DNA of 64,000 bases, taken from positions 3,782,001-3,846,000 of the forward strand of contig JAQOWU010000008.1 of NCBI GenBank assembly GCA_030867685.1, written 5' to 3'. Source of the stretch: Wickerhamiella versatilis (taxonomy: Eukaryota). Positions within the stretch are counted from its first letter, which is position 1; each line of letters begins with the position of its first letter. The translations under genes and the position numbers were made by a program. Shown here in pieces: positions 19,898 to 31,600 of this stretch. The notes under the pieces are model-generated. The model saw nothing but the letters and a program-made list of their open reading frames with translations. It was not told where the DNA came from and searched no databases.

Positions 19898-22225
19898 TCA
19901 TGCGGATGTTACTGTCAACTCATTGTCCTTCACATCGACAATAACACCATCACCGCTCTTTACGTCTCCATGAAGAATCAGCAACGAAAGTGGTTGCATT
20001 ATTCTCTTCTGTATCAAACGGTTAAGGGGCCGCGCGCCATAAAGACGGTCGTATCCATGATCGCGGAGCCACAGCTCGGCAGAATCCGTAACTTCCAACG
20101 AAATTTGCCTACTCTTGATCCGATCTTGAAGCTCGGAGATTCTGAGGGAAACAATTCTACCAAGAGTATCCTTTGAGAGACGGTTAAAGACAACAATATC
20201 ATCAAGTCTGTTTATGAACTCAGGTGGATAAGACCTCTTCAAAGAGTCGAGGACTTCATTCTTGACTTCCGCCGAGATTTCTCCAGAATCGGAGGCCTTG
20301 TCATCGGCAATAAGAATCTCTTGACCGATATTGGAAGTCATCACGATGATTGTATTGCGGAAGTCGACATGTCGACCTTGGCTATCTGTAAGATGCCCAT
20401 CATCAAGCACCTGAAGCAGCAGCTTGGAGACGTCGGGATGCGCCTTTTCAATCTCATCAAAAAGAACAACAGAGTAGGGTTTGCGGCGAACAGCCTCTGT
20501 CAATTCACCACTCTCTTCGTATCCAACGTATCCCGGTGGAGCGCCTATCAACCTTGCCGCTGCATGCTTCTCCTGGAATTCCGACATGTCGAATCTTATA
20601 ATGGACCTCTCATCATCAAAGAGGAATTGTGCCAATGCCTTCGTAAGTTCAGTCTTACCAGTTCCTGTAGGACCAAGGAACATGAACGAGCCGACAGGGC
20701 GTCGCTCATCGGTCAATCCCGCACGCTGCATCTGAACAGCACGAGAAACAGCCTCAATAGCTTCACCCTGGCCAACAACACGTTCACGTAGTCTTTCCTC
20801 CATTTTTAGAATCTTATCCTTCTCACCCTTCAATAATGCGTCAGTTGGAACGCCCGTCATACGTGATACAACACGGGCAATATCATCACTGGAGACGGAC
20901 TCATGCAACAACGAGTCACCCGATCGCTCATCATTTCCTCGTGGGATCTTGTTTTCTAACTGAGGGATTACCATGTATTGCAAACGGCTAGCCTCAGCAA
21001 AATTCGTCGCATTCCGTGCTTGTTCAAGCTCGATCTTTGCTTCCTCTAACTCTTGCTTTGCCTGCTTAACCTTATCAATTTCAGCCTTCTCCGCTTGCCA
21101 TATCTCTGTGAGTCGATCAGCCTCTCCTTGCTTCACCTTAAGGCGATCCTCAATTATCTTACGACGATCCACGCTCACTGGGTCAGTCTCTTTCTTCAGC
21201 GACTCCAACTCAATCTGGAGAGTAATCATCTGCCTATCGAGTGTCTGCAGTTCATCGGGCTTCGACTCATGCTGCAGGCGCAGCGCAGAACAAGCTTCAT
21301 CGACCAGGTCAATCGCTTTATCAGGAAGGAATCGTTCGGTAATATAGCGATTCGAGTAAACAGCCGCACTCACCAATGCCTGATCGGTAATGCGAACACC
21401 ATGATGCACCTCATAACGATCCTTCAATCCTCTCAAGATCGAAATTGCATCTTCAACGGTTGGCTCATCGATCATCACTGGCTGAAACCTGCGGGCAAGT
21501 GCAGCGTCTTTCTCAATATACTTTCGGTATTCATCGAGTGTGGTGGCGCCGCAGCACTGCAATTTTCCTCTCGCAAGTGCTGGCTTCAACAAGTTCGAAG
21601 CATCTACACTGCCATCACTCTTGCCTAGACCAAGCAGGATATGGAGCTCATCGATGAATAAAATAACTTTACCATCCTCTTTGTCAATTCCATCAAGGAC
21701 AGCTTTCATTCGCTCTTCAAACTCACCTCTAAACTTGGCGCCTGAAATGAGACTACCTAGATCAAGGCTAACCACACGTTTGTCCTTCATGCTTTCGGGA
21801 ACCTGCCCGCGAGCAACTTGTTGTGCAAGCCCCTCCATTATCGCTGTTTTACCTGTACCTGCTTTACCGATCAACGCAGGATTATTCTTGGTTCGCCGAC
21901 TCAGTATTTGGATCGTACGTTTGATTTCCTCGTCCCGCCCGATGACAGGATCAAGCTTACCCTGACGGGCAAGTACGGTCAGGTCAGTACCAAACTTTTC
22001 CAAAGCATTTTCTTCTTGCTGTTGCGGATTCATACGGAAAGAACCCATTGGCTGACCAGATTGCCTCGGCCACGGCGTTGCTGAGAATTGTCGTGTGCCT
22101 TCTTGCATGCTCAACATGGGTTTAAGTCGCAATGTACCCAATGGGGTCATGGTTGTTGTCCTTAGCGGACGACGAGCAAGGGATTTCAGACCACCCCCCC
22201 CTCTAGTAGCAACGTACCTTTGCAT
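19898..22225 (-). CDS. HSP78: Mitochondrial ClpB disaggregase Hsp78
   Basis: Presequence, no N-domain; two AAA+ modules ([16 protein letters not shown]), [21 protein letters not shown] at 22225 (track start is GTG). Confidence 0.95.
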   Translation of the reverse strand: MQRYVATRGGGGLKSLARRPLRTTTMTPLGTLRLKPMLSMQEGTRQFSATPWPRQSGQPMGSFRMNPQQQEENALEKFGTDLTVLARQGKLDPVIGRDEEIKRTIQILSRRTKNNPALIGKAGTGKTAIMEGLAQQVARGQVPESMKDKRVVSLDLGSLISGAKFRGEFEERMKAVLDGIDKEDGKVILFIDELHILLGLGKSDGSVDASNLLKPALARGKLQCCGATTLDEYRKYIEKDAALARRFQPVMIDEPTVEDAISILRGLKDRYEVHHGVRITDQALVSAAVYSNRYITERFLPDKAIDLVDEACSALRLQHESKPDELQTLDRQMITLQIELESLKKETDPVSVDRRKIIEDRLKVKQGEADRLTEIWQAEKAEIDKVKQAKQELEEAKIELEQARNATNFAEASRLQYMVIPQLENKIPRGNDERSGDSLLHESVSSDDIARVVSRMTGVPTDALLKGEKDKILKMEERLRERVVGQGEAIEAVSRAVQMQRAGLTDERRPVGSFMFLGPTGTGKTELTKALAQFLFDDERSIIRFDMSEFQEKHAAARLIGAPPGYVGYEESGELTEAVRRKPYSVVLFDEIEKAHPDVSKLLLQVLDDGHLTDSQGRHVDFRNTIIVMTSNIGQEILIADDKASDSGEISAEVKNEVLDSLKRSYPPEFINRLDDIVVFNRLSKDTLGRIVSLRISELQDRIKSRQISLEVTDSAELWLRDHGYDRLYGARPLNRLIQKRIMQPLSLLILHGDVKSGDGVIVDVKDNELTVTSA

Positions 22226-22280
22226 GTCCTTTGGTAATTCCCGAGTACGCACTATATAAACGAAGATGAATACCAGGAAG

Positions 22281-22386
22281 GTCACGTGACTATATCATGT
22301 CATCACAGGATCGAGAATTTGCTAGAATACAATAGAAAAAAAGATGCAATTCGAAATATATTATCGGGTTCAGGAATATTCAAGAT
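22281..22386. promoter_or_regulatory. Heat shock element and CACGTG box upstream of HSP78
   Basis: TTC-AG-GAA-TA-TTC-AA-GAT at 22369-22386 (three perfect nGAAn units plus one imperfect); palindrome GTCACGTGAC at 22281-22290. Confidence 0.65.
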
Positions 22387-22728
22387 TATACCATTTTATA
22401 ATATCAAGATATGCAAAAGAAAGTATAACAGGATATGGCGATCTTGTGCTAATTTTCAGGCCCGTGATTACGCCACACATATTCATCTTCGAACTTGTGA
22501 AATAAATCACATATAAGGACCTATTCGGTATTCTTTATATGCTTGAGCGGGTTAAATTTTTATTTGTGTAAAAGGGTATAAGTTAATTAAGGCTTCATAG
22601 GTAGCGAGGTCTCGAGGTCTCGAGTTGTAGGTGGTGGTATGTCCGCATATTGTAATAAAGAACAAAAAAAGAATCTCATTTAAGCCATTGCTAGATTATT
22701 ATGGCCGGAGGAAATCCATTGACCCCAA

Positions 22729-23937
22729 TCAAAACAGGTATGCCGTTGCAGACATTCGCCTGAAGTTATGACGAGATGAATCACTATTTTGTTCGATGGG
22801 CGAATTTTTTTCGGCAAAAAAATCATTTGATACCGGCGATACAGACTTTTGGTCCTTTCGACTGGTCATATGTTTTCTCATAAATACTATTACGCCCAAA
22901 AGTAGTAATAATAGTGCGATCAGACCTAGGGGCACAGCCAAGCCTACAGCGACTTTGGTTGAGGTTGGAGTTCCACTACCCGAGTTATTCAATTGCCCTG
23001 CTTGGTTCCCATCAGCTGGTGAAGTTGTTGTAACTGTATCGCTGACCGGAGCAACGACTCCTTGCGTGGAATACATAGTGGATGTTACCAATACCGTATA
23101 GGCAGAGTTCGATTTAAACACGGTATGATAATACGTTTTTATTTCTTGGGCCACAGCACTTCTGGTTGAACGAATTGTGTTATCAGTTGGCAGTGTGCCC
23201 ACTTCTGCAGAAGTGAATTGACTGCTACTACTAGTGATTGCAGTGGTTGTAGTCGGTTGTGCGGAGGTGCGTGGGATATGGGATGATGAGCTAGTTCTAG
23301 AACTCAATATGCTTGAAGATAAAGTTTGAAGTGATTCCTGATCGCTGTATGTGATTGAAGCTATTTCGCTTTTAGAAGAATCTGGATGACTCCCTCTGCT
23401 CTCACTGCTTTCAAGACTGGCTACCGTTGAATGTGTATTGTCAGAATACAAGCTAGAACCAGATGCGGAGGTATACTTAGTATCTCCCAGATCACTACTG
23501 GAAGTACCAGAAATGCTTGAAGAATCATAGGATCTTGCCGAGGAAAGTTGCGTATCACTATGCGACGTCGAGTAGCTGTCGGTGCCACCAAAAATACTTG
23601 AAGAATCATAATATGATATCGAGGAAGACTTCATCAAATCATGATTCGATGTCAAATCAATGCTGAAACTACCAGTGCTGCTTGTAGTATCACGATATGC
23701 CATTGAGGTGGTTAGATCGCTTTTCCTAGAGATTTCGTCGCTGATGGTACCAACTGTACTCTGAGAGCTTGAATCTAGAGAGCCAGAATGGGTCAGAAAG
23801 AAAGGAGAAATGGTAGATGTGAAGTGAGACAGGCTCACTCTAGTCAAAATCTGTGAGAGATCCATCGTTGAAACAGACATCTTTGTCTGCGGACTTGTTG
23901 TCGTCGAGACATTTTCTGCGTTAGCTATCATGAACAC
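22729..23937 (-). CDS. Mid2/Mtl1-like Ser/Thr-rich single-pass cell-surface sensor; 5' end uncertain (possible exon 1 at 24157-24175)
   Basis: Long S/T-rich region, then TM KVAVGLAVPLGLIALLLLLLGVIVFM followed by RKH and a short cytosolic tail. Confidence 0.7.
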   Translation of the reverse strand: MFMIANAENVSTTTSPQTKMSVSTMDLSQILTRVSLSHFTSTISPFFLTHSGSLDSSSQSTVGTISDEISRKSDLTTSMAYRDTTSSTGSFSIDLTSNHDLMKSSSISYYDSSSIFGGTDSYSTSHSDTQLSSARSYDSSSISGTSSSDLGDTKYTSASGSSLYSDNTHSTVASLESSESRGSHPDSSKSEIASITYSDQESLQTLSSSILSSRTSSSSHIPRTSAQPTTTTAITSSSSQFTSAEVGTLPTDNTIRSTRSAVAQEIKTYYHTVFKSNSAYTVLVTSTMYSTQGVVAPVSDTVTTTSPADGNQAGQLNNSGSGTPTSTKVAVGLAVPLGLIALLLLLLGVIVFMRKHMTSRKDQKSVSPVSNDFFAEKNSPIEQNSDSSRHNFRRMSATAYLF

Positions 23938-24688
23938 TGGTTGGTTTTACACAGCTTGGATATGGTAAACTATCAAGGGGTGGAAAATCCCAATCGGCAT
24001 AATGTGAAACATCAGGAGCTTAGCAGGCATGGGTTATCCGGCAGCAGGACTAGATCTCATCTCATTAAAGAGTCATGAAAAAGACAAGACAAGAAGGATG
24101 TAGAATAAAATATATGAAAAGCTGCTTGTTCAACTATTATGCTGAAGTATACTTACGAAGTGGGAATGACGGCATGGAAATGTCCCATGTGCGCTGAAGA
24201 AACAATCTACTTTCCTATACTTAAACTTTCCCCAGTACTTATATATATATAATGAATTTATCAATGTACCGAGTAGCAAAAATTATGGCAGTTTGAAAAT
24301 ATAAGCTCACCGAAATTATCATGTCGCGTTTCTGCCGGGCTTCAACTGCGAATTGACCAAGCTTATTTGACCTGCGATTAAGCTTTGCGCAAATTTTTGA
24401 CGAGATAGTTCATTTATAAGGTAGAAAGTACCAGTTAATAAAAGGAAAAAATAAGCAAATTAGGAATACATGTATGGAATAAACATACTAAATCGAACGT
24501 GCTGGGAAGAATATGGATCAATGATAAAACATACATAATACGACATGCAATATCTTTACAGCGCGTTTCAAGTTCTAGAAAAATAGATTTAGGGTCTCTA
24601 ATATTATGTCCTATTCACTGTTTAATGATTCTGGGAACCAATGACGTCGTCATAAGATCGGATTCATATTTACTCAGCATAGCGATTG

Positions 24689-25618
24689 ATGGAAGGGCGA
24701 ACCCAGAGAGATGGGAGATCATCCAAGGTAGCACAACACTTTGATGCGAGACGTGTAGTGCTATGTTCTTATGGTGCAGCAGCAGCAGCCACAATGATGT
24801 CTTACCCTCTGGACCTTATCAAGGCGAGGCTCCAGACATATAGTTACCCCACATTTTGGAATTGCATAAAAAGCTGTTATGCTGAAGGTGGTGTCTCTGC
24901 ATTCTACCAGGGCATGACTGCTAGTATTTTAGCAAATTCTGTCTCGAGATCTTTCAACATGAGCCTCTACACTTATCTGCGGGGGAAATATGCTAACTTT
25001 CTCGGGTGTTCTTCGGAGTTGCAAATTATACCAATTTTTCTTGGTGGATTTACTGCTGGTGCTATGAGCTGCATTGTTACTGGTCCATTTGAATTTACCA
25101 AGCTAGCAAGTCAGTTAGAGAACCTCGTTTATAAGTCACGGGATTTGCCGCCCCCGCCACGTACTGGCGCAATTCAAGCTGTTCGAGACCTGAGCCGTCG
25201 TGGAGGGTTTATGAGACTATATGGTGGCGTTGAATATCACTCACTTCGTGATGCTTTAGGCTCGGGAGTTTATTTTTCCGTGTACGAAAAAGTGAAAATT
25301 GGGATGACGAAACTTTTAGACAACAAAACCGAAGGACCGCCACACCCATTATCAGTTGCAGTAGCTGGTGGGCTTTGTGGTTGTGCTTCATGGATTGTTG
25401 TATATCCTATAGACACCATGAAGAGCATATATCAGCGGGACCTATATAATCATTCTTTGGCTACTTCTTTGGAGGCTCGTGAGACTTGGGTAGAACGCCC
25501 CCCATTCAGATGGTCAATGTCGATGTATAGAGGTCTTGGTTTTTCAATGCTACGCACCAGCATCAATGGTATAGCCCTTTTCTCATTCTACGAATACTTC
25601 CTGTATTTAACAGCATGA
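24689..25618 (+). CDS. Mitochondrial carrier family protein (carnitine/ornithine/Ymc-like branch)
   Basis: Three Px[DE]xxK motifs: YPLDLIKARLQ, GPFEFTK, YPIDTMKS. Confidence 0.9.
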   Translation: MEGRTQRDGRSSKVAQHFDARRVVLCSYGAAAAATMMSYPLDLIKARLQTYSYPTFWNCIKSCYAEGGVSAFYQGMTASILANSVSRSFNMSLYTYLRGKYANFLGCSSELQIIPIFLGGFTAGAMSCIVTGPFEFTKLASQLENLVYKSRDLPPPPRTGAIQAVRDLSRRGGFMRLYGGVEYHSLRDALGSGVYFSVYEKVKIGMTKLLDNKTEGPPHPLSVAVAGGLCGCASWIVVYPIDTMKSIYQRDLYNHSLATSLEARETWVERPPFRWSMSMYRGLGFSMLRTSINGIALFSFYEYFLYLTA

Positions 25619-25669
25619 TTGATAACTAAATGTATATATAGTGCGTCGCTGTAACTGCCATTAGAGTTT

Positions 25670-28348
25670 TTATGTGGTCTTACCATTACGCGGCGTCCTG
25701 CGTCGCGTGGCATTTTTTGTTGCAGACTTCCGTGAGGGCTTGGGCTTCGGTTTAGCCTCCACTTCAGGACTTTTCATTATATCCGCATTATCTGATACAG
25801 ATTCAGTGGCAGCCTTAGCACGCTGTGCTCTAGTTCGTGGCCTTTTTGCTTGAGTTTCGGGTATAGTCTTGGGCTTTGCGGTCCTTTTTCTGCGATTTCT
25901 AGCAGATGCACCTTGGTTTCCGTTAGATTTTGATTCTATACCCTGCTTATCATCAGTATCATCGTTTTCTGGACCATCAATATCAGGAATCTCCTCGTCA
26001 ATGGTGGGAGCTTGAACAGAATTTGCATACTCCGCAGCAGGTTCAATCTCTTTTTCTTCTGACTTTATGTCTCCTAGGACCTCATTTGGGAGCTCTTTCA
26101 CTCCCCCAAATAGTGCTGACTGCGAAATAAGAATACTTGCGGTTGCAGAAACATCGGCATCTGGCGGTGGTGGGGGAGCTGGTTGCTTAGCGGTCCTTAC
26201 CGACCTTGTGCGACCTCCAAAGAGCTGAGCCCCACCAACCAGAGCATCCGCCTGCGATGCAATACTCTCGAACTCCACCTCAGTATCAGGTCTGTTATCC
26301 ACAGGTTCGCTCCTTGCTATTTCGTCTGTAGTGCTTGGGGCCACGGTGAAACCGACATTGAAGAGATTCCAAAGCCCAGCATATTCATTCTCATTCTCAT
26401 TCTCATTCTCATTCTCATTTTCTTTTCCGTTTTCAGACTCATCTACTCTGACTTCAGGCTCGTTACCATCATTTTTGACTTCATTGTCATTGCGTTCTGG
26501 TAGTATCTCTTGGGATTCCGTGATTATACATTCCGTCGATCGCGACGGATCATTTTCGTGTTGAAAGTCTATATTTTGTTCTTCAAACTTTTCTTGAGTA
26601 TCTTCGGGTCCAAAATCAAAGCCTAGATTGATACTGACATTTGGATGATCATTTTCGAAAGATTTCTCTATTTGACCACTCTCGTGCTTTTCATAGGTAT
26701 TGTTCGAGATGTCGTTAAAAGAACCTTCTACACTCTCACTCTCCCCTTCAGGTACTACTTTACTTTCAAGTGAATGCATTCCGTGAACATGACTTTTGCT
26801 AGGTGAATCCGACTTGTCGGGTATTGAGGTTGAGTGACCATCATCTTCAAGCAGAGTAGATGCGTGATGCAATGCAGATCTCACAAAACTTTCGTCAATT
26901 TCACCTTCCGAATTATGGTGAATACTATTATCCGAGCTATGCATGTCACCCAATTCTTGTTCTTCTTTTGGAGACTCAATATTACCAGAATCGTGCTCTA
27001 TCTCACTCTCTGAGCCGACAAGATCAATATAATCAGCATGGATAGTTGCTGCATTATCAGAATTTTCGGATGTTTGGTTGTCGGCACTTTCGTCCACATA
27101 ATAATTAGGTGCTACAGTCTTGTCTTGAACTCTTTCTGAGGAGGTCATTCCAGATTCATCAACATCCTCAGCGTCTGAATCTTCAGCGTCGACACCCTCA
27201 GCGTCTACATCTTCAGCTTCGACATCTTCAACGTCGATATACTCAGCGTCTACATCCTCAGCGTCGACATCTTCAGCGTCAACATCCTCAGCTTCAACGT
27301 CCTCAACGTCGACATCCTCAGCTTCCACGTCCTCAGCGTCGACATCCTCAGCATCAACGTCCTCAGCGTCGACATCTTCAGCATCAACGTCCTCAGCATC
27401 AACGTCCTCAGCATCGACATCCTCAGCATCAACGTCCTCAGCGTCGACATCTTCAGCATCAACGTCCTCAGCATCAACGTCCTCAGCATCAACGTCCTCA
27501 GCATCGACATCCTCAGCATCGACATCCTCAGCTTCAACATCGTCAATTTCGAGGTCATAAGCATCCATATCGTCAACATTGTCATCTCTATCGTCAACCA
27601 AATCTTCGGCAACATCAAAATTAGCATTAACATCGCTTGTTTTGCTATAACCAACGTCGTTGATCTCCGCACCTTCGACGTTGTCGTCACCAGAATTGAC
27701 AGATCCGACATTATCAAGATCCAGTTGATTGGAATCGTTTAGCACAATATCCGCATTACCATACTTGTTGCCAATATTTTCATGTATTGCAGGCGGTGAA
27801 GTAAATTTTCCATCCTGAGCCTTCAAGGATGAGCTTGAGTCTGATTCTTTTCGCTTGGAATCGAACCGATCTTCCATTAGAACCCCCTCGTCCTTGGAAT
27901 CTTCATCAAACGAACTTTTACTTTCACCCCTTGATATTAATTCGGGAGTAGAGCTCTTCTTGTCCTCATATGATTTTGAATGTTGCTTGAAAACTGGTAA
28001 ACCCTCTCTATGCCCAATATCTCCAGGTCTCCCTTCGTTGGAGAAGTCGACAATGGCTTGGGCTAAGTCAATCTCTTTACCCGAGTCCTGAGAATTATCC
28101 GACCCAAAAGGTTTTTCCCGCTCTTCCATCACTTGACCAAGTAATCTGAAGCTTTCTTGTGGCTTGCTGAAGCCAGTATTTTCGCGACTACTTAGACCAC
28201 TAAGTGCTGAATCCATTGAATCATCAGAGCTGCTTCTAAGGGCATTGCGCAGCCTCTGACATACAGAATTGATCCATGATCTATCACTGCGATTTCTTCT
28301 CGGTCCTGGATGCTGTAGATGTGGCGGAAAATTTGCCATCCACTTCAC
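25670..28348 (-). CDS. Orphan, highly acidic low-complexity protein with a DVDAE repeat array and basic C-terminus
   Basis: 892-codon ORF rich in D/E/S/N; K/R-rich C-terminus with NLS-like RNRRKR; no recognisable domain; exact start uncertain. Confidence 0.7.
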   Translation of the reverse strand: MKWMANFPPHLQHPGPRRNRSDRSWINSVCQRLRNALRSSSDDSMDSALSGLSSRENTGFSKPQESFRLLGQVMEEREKPFGSDNSQDSGKEIDLAQAIVDFSNEGRPGDIGHREGLPVFKQHSKSYEDKKSSTPELISRGESKSSFDEDSKDEGVLMEDRFDSKRKESDSSSSLKAQDGKFTSPPAIHENIGNKYGNADIVLNDSNQLDLDNVGSVNSGDDNVEGAEINDVGYSKTSDVNANFDVAEDLVDDRDDNVDDMDAYDLEIDDVEAEDVDAEDVDAEDVDAEDVDAEDVDAEDVDAEDVDAEDVDAEDVDAEDVDAEDVDAEDVDAEDVDAEDVEAEDVDVEDVEAEDVDAEDVDAEDVDAEYIDVEDVEAEDVDAEGVDAEDSDAEDVDESGMTSSERVQDKTVAPNYYVDESADNQTSENSDNAATIHADYIDLVGSESEIEHDSGNIESPKEEQELGDMHSSDNSIHHNSEGEIDESFVRSALHHASTLLEDDGHSTSIPDKSDSPSKSHVHGMHSLESKVVPEGESESVEGSFNDISNNTYEKHESGQIEKSFENDHPNVSINLGFDFGPEDTQEKFEEQNIDFQHENDPSRSTECIITESQEILPERNDNEVKNDGNEPEVRVDESENGKENENENENENENEYAGLWNLFNVGFTVAPSTTDEIARSEPVDNRPDTEVEFESIASQADALVGGAQLFGGRTRSVRTAKQPAPPPPPDADVSATASILISQSALFGGVKELPNEVLGDIKSEEKEIEPAAEYANSVQAPTIDEEIPDIDGPENDDTDDKQGIESKSNGNQGASARNRRKRTAKPKTIPETQAKRPRTRAQRAKAATESVSDNADIMKSPEVEAKPKPKPSRKSATKNATRRRTPRNGKTT
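26384..26419 (-). repeat. Coding 6-bp microsatellite encoding (EN)n
   Basis: About six copies of CTCATT/TTCATT on the plus strand. Confidence 0.8.
27160..27541 (-). repeat. Coding 15-bp minisatellite, about 25 units, encoding (DVDAE)n
   Basis: Plus-strand unit TCAGC(A/G)TC(A/G)AC(A/G)TC(C/T); variation is mostly at synonymous positions. Confidence 0.95.
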
Positions 28349-28680
28349 ACCTTAGAGTACGAACGCTTACTCAGTGGCGTCCATAGAGTGTGGGTCATCC
28401 TCATCGTCTTTTTCGATAGTTCGGCAGCTTTTTGCCTTTAGAAACTTGACCATAAAAGTTATTTATTATGGTCGTGTATTTAATTATTAGCTTTGCAGTA
28501 AATGTTAGCTAGAAACGTTTGCCCTCCAAAATCTCCACAACTTCTAATTTTTTTTGACTGTTTAAATACACCTAATACTTTGCTGATAGTTGAAAGCTTA
28601 GAACAAAGAATGTAGATAGTATATAGGGCATATATGTACTCGACTACTTGGCCTGAGTCATCGCGAGGTGTTCTGGTGTC

Positions 28681-31600
28681 ATGGAGAATACTAGACCGCG
28701 TCCTGCTCGTATTGCATATGTTGATCCTCAGGGTTTAGCAGGAAAGATTTTACCTGAGCTCGAAGAGAGATTTAAGAATGTTAATATGAACTGGAGTGTT
28801 CATTTGCAATCATCCCGAATATCAGCAGCTCCACAAGTGATATTTCAGCCTGTTGATAGATCAGTCCCTTCGCATCAAGTTATAGGATTCTCAGAACTAC
28901 CATTTGTACAGATACTGTTAATTGATGCATCTAAAGCTGACTACAGAACGCTGTTGCGGCCTCTAGCCCACGATTGGCGTAGGCAAATGCTCCATTCCAG
29001 AGAACCAGCAGGTTACGTAGTAGTACATTATGCTCCGCGGGGTACGTCGGGGCGCCATTCGGGATGGTCGAAAATAATTAATGATTTCCCGGAACATGCA
29101 GTGCAATTATATCTCAATTCAGAACAAGATTCCAATATGATGTGGCTAAACTTTTTGGAACAACTAAGAACTGAAATCATAAATGCATTTGAGGCTCGAA
29201 TAGAGCTTTATGAAGGTGAGATAAGACGTCTTCAAGAAACTAAGGAGGTTGTGGGTTGGAATTTTGGAGCGTTGTTTACGGCTAAGGATGGGTTGGCATC
29301 CTGCTTAGAACAAATGGGCCTATTTAATGAAGCATTCAATATTTATACTGAACTAGAGAAGGCTTCAGAATCTGCTATTTTTGCCGATAAAAGAATTGGT
29401 CTTGAAGAAGCACCGCTGCTAACGGATCGTAAGGGAACGCTAGATGCTGCACTTACACAACAACTGTCGCGATTTGAATATACACGTTACTTAGCTTGCC
29501 GGAAAATTATTTTGCTATTATGTGTTGCACAAACTTCTAATGTTACATCGATAGCAGCCATCACTCGTGCTAAGGCTGTTCGTCAAGGTATAAAGAGTCT
29601 TCAAATGTTGCTTCATTATCTTCCAGCAAATTCAAGGATACGCTATGACTGGCAACTAAAATTTTCGCGTGCTCTAGGTGAATTAGGTGCACAAGAACCC
29701 ACTTTATTGGCAGAACTAGCTCTACTGGAGCGTGATGCCATACAAGGGCTTGCGCAGACTTACGGACTGAACGTTCCAGGAATCTTTAATGATATAGCTT
29801 TGGATCCACCTGAGTCAACTTCCCTTGAAAACGAAAAACTCTCCCCTGTTGAAAATGTCTCTGTTGAGTTGCCGGTTGAAAATGAGGAAGATCTCATTAG
29901 CGTATTCTTAGAACTTACGGAGCAAGCTATCGCACGATTCAAACAAGGAGGAAATCATCGCTCTACAGTAAGGCTAATGGTACAAATGATATCTGTAAAT
30001 TATGCTCTGGAACGCTATCAGACATGTTTTGACATGATTGAGAACAGGCTGCCAGATGCAAAATCAGCAGGCTCTGCGTTGCACTGCCGCATCTTAGAAA
30101 TCCATGCTAAATGCGCTAGTATGATTGATCGTGGAGACCGCGTCCTTCACTTGTCTTGGGAGCTCTTGAGCTCCTGCTCGAACGCGCCTGCTCTGACCGG
30201 TTGGTGTGTTGAAAACATCGCGAAGTATGGTAAGAATATTTCCGGAGAAAAGCCATTGGATAAATGGTTTGAAATTTCAATTAGTCCATATCTTCGAGGT
30301 GATGGTGGTGAGTATTACCTTAACGTTGATTTGCGTCCTAAACGAAAAACATTGATGTCTCTTGTAGATCATGGTGATATCACAGCTCTGGTTGAGAGTG
30401 ACTTAGGACCGTCGAAAAGGCAAGTGAAATTCAGTTGTGCTGAATTTAGCTCAACAACATGCCGGTTCAAAGCGCACCAATTTGTCCAAGGAAGAATCAA
30501 ATTGACTAGTCTGAACCTCTTCATCAAAAAACAAAAACTCACTATGGTAATTAATGATGTTCACGTTGTAATGAAGCCTCTTTCAAATTGTTTGCATGCA
30601 AAAATTAGACCAATGCGGAAATTTACAACGAAAAAGCGCTGGTTGGAGCTGAAAGTGTACGCTCCGGTTGAACGAGAAATATCTTCAGCGACAGCAAGTA
30701 TCAAAGGCCAAAATTTGGAAATTCTTGATGCTCAGATAGTTGATAAAGAGCTGAAGACGCCATTTACTGAAGCTTCTGTGACCTTTCCTGTATTATACAA
30801 TCCAGAGAAACCGGTAGTCCGAATAATAGTGACCTTAGATTGTCATGGTAGCGGTCGGTACGAATTTTCGAATGAGCTTGATTTTGGCTTACAAGTTCTA
30901 GTTCAAATGCAGGACTTATTTCGTCGTCAGAATACAATATTCTCTCATTTTTTTGTGGAACCTATGAAAACAGGTTCACCCGTATCATTGTGCGGAGCTT
31001 CTTTGAGTGAATGTGAGAGTGTCGGCCAGTCGGCATCCACAGAGCATATAGCTTTCGACAAATCACCAGTCTCATATGTATTTCGGATGAAATCTGATCA
31101 AAAGTTGTCTAAAAACAAACTTTGTCTCATTCACAGACCTTTGGTTGATGAGATACGGCAAATTATATGGGGTGCAATAGAACCAAGAATAAATGCCGAT
31201 GCTATTGGTAAGGTGTACAGTGCGATAATCGAAGACTTCGTTAGGTTGTTGCCGTTAGATGCAGTGGCTTATGCAACACAAGGACGGCCCTCTGTTGATC
31301 TTGCAGCAGTGGATACTACACTTAGTGAAGTGTTTGAGGGTCTAGACCCAAGCCATGAGAGTTGGGTTCGCAATATAGTTCGTGAGATCCTTAGAGCACC
31401 AGTATCCGAACAAAAAAGCTTCGAAGATATTACTTTGGAACTCGAAGTAGATGTTCCCGAGCCAGAAGCAGACATCATATTTTACATTACGCTTAACACA
31501 ACTAAACAGGAGCACTACCTAGTTGGTCAACCGGTACCCTCCGTTCTCAAGATTGATTTAATCTACAGGAATGGACCCTCCTTGGATGCAGGAAAATTTG

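Noticed and set aside
27109-27717. Long alternative-frame ORFs (Q/R/P/H-rich and M/L/R-rich), and a superficial CRISPR-like periodicity
   Set aside because: By-products of the stop-free 15-bp coding repeat; no unique spacers; eukaryotic context.
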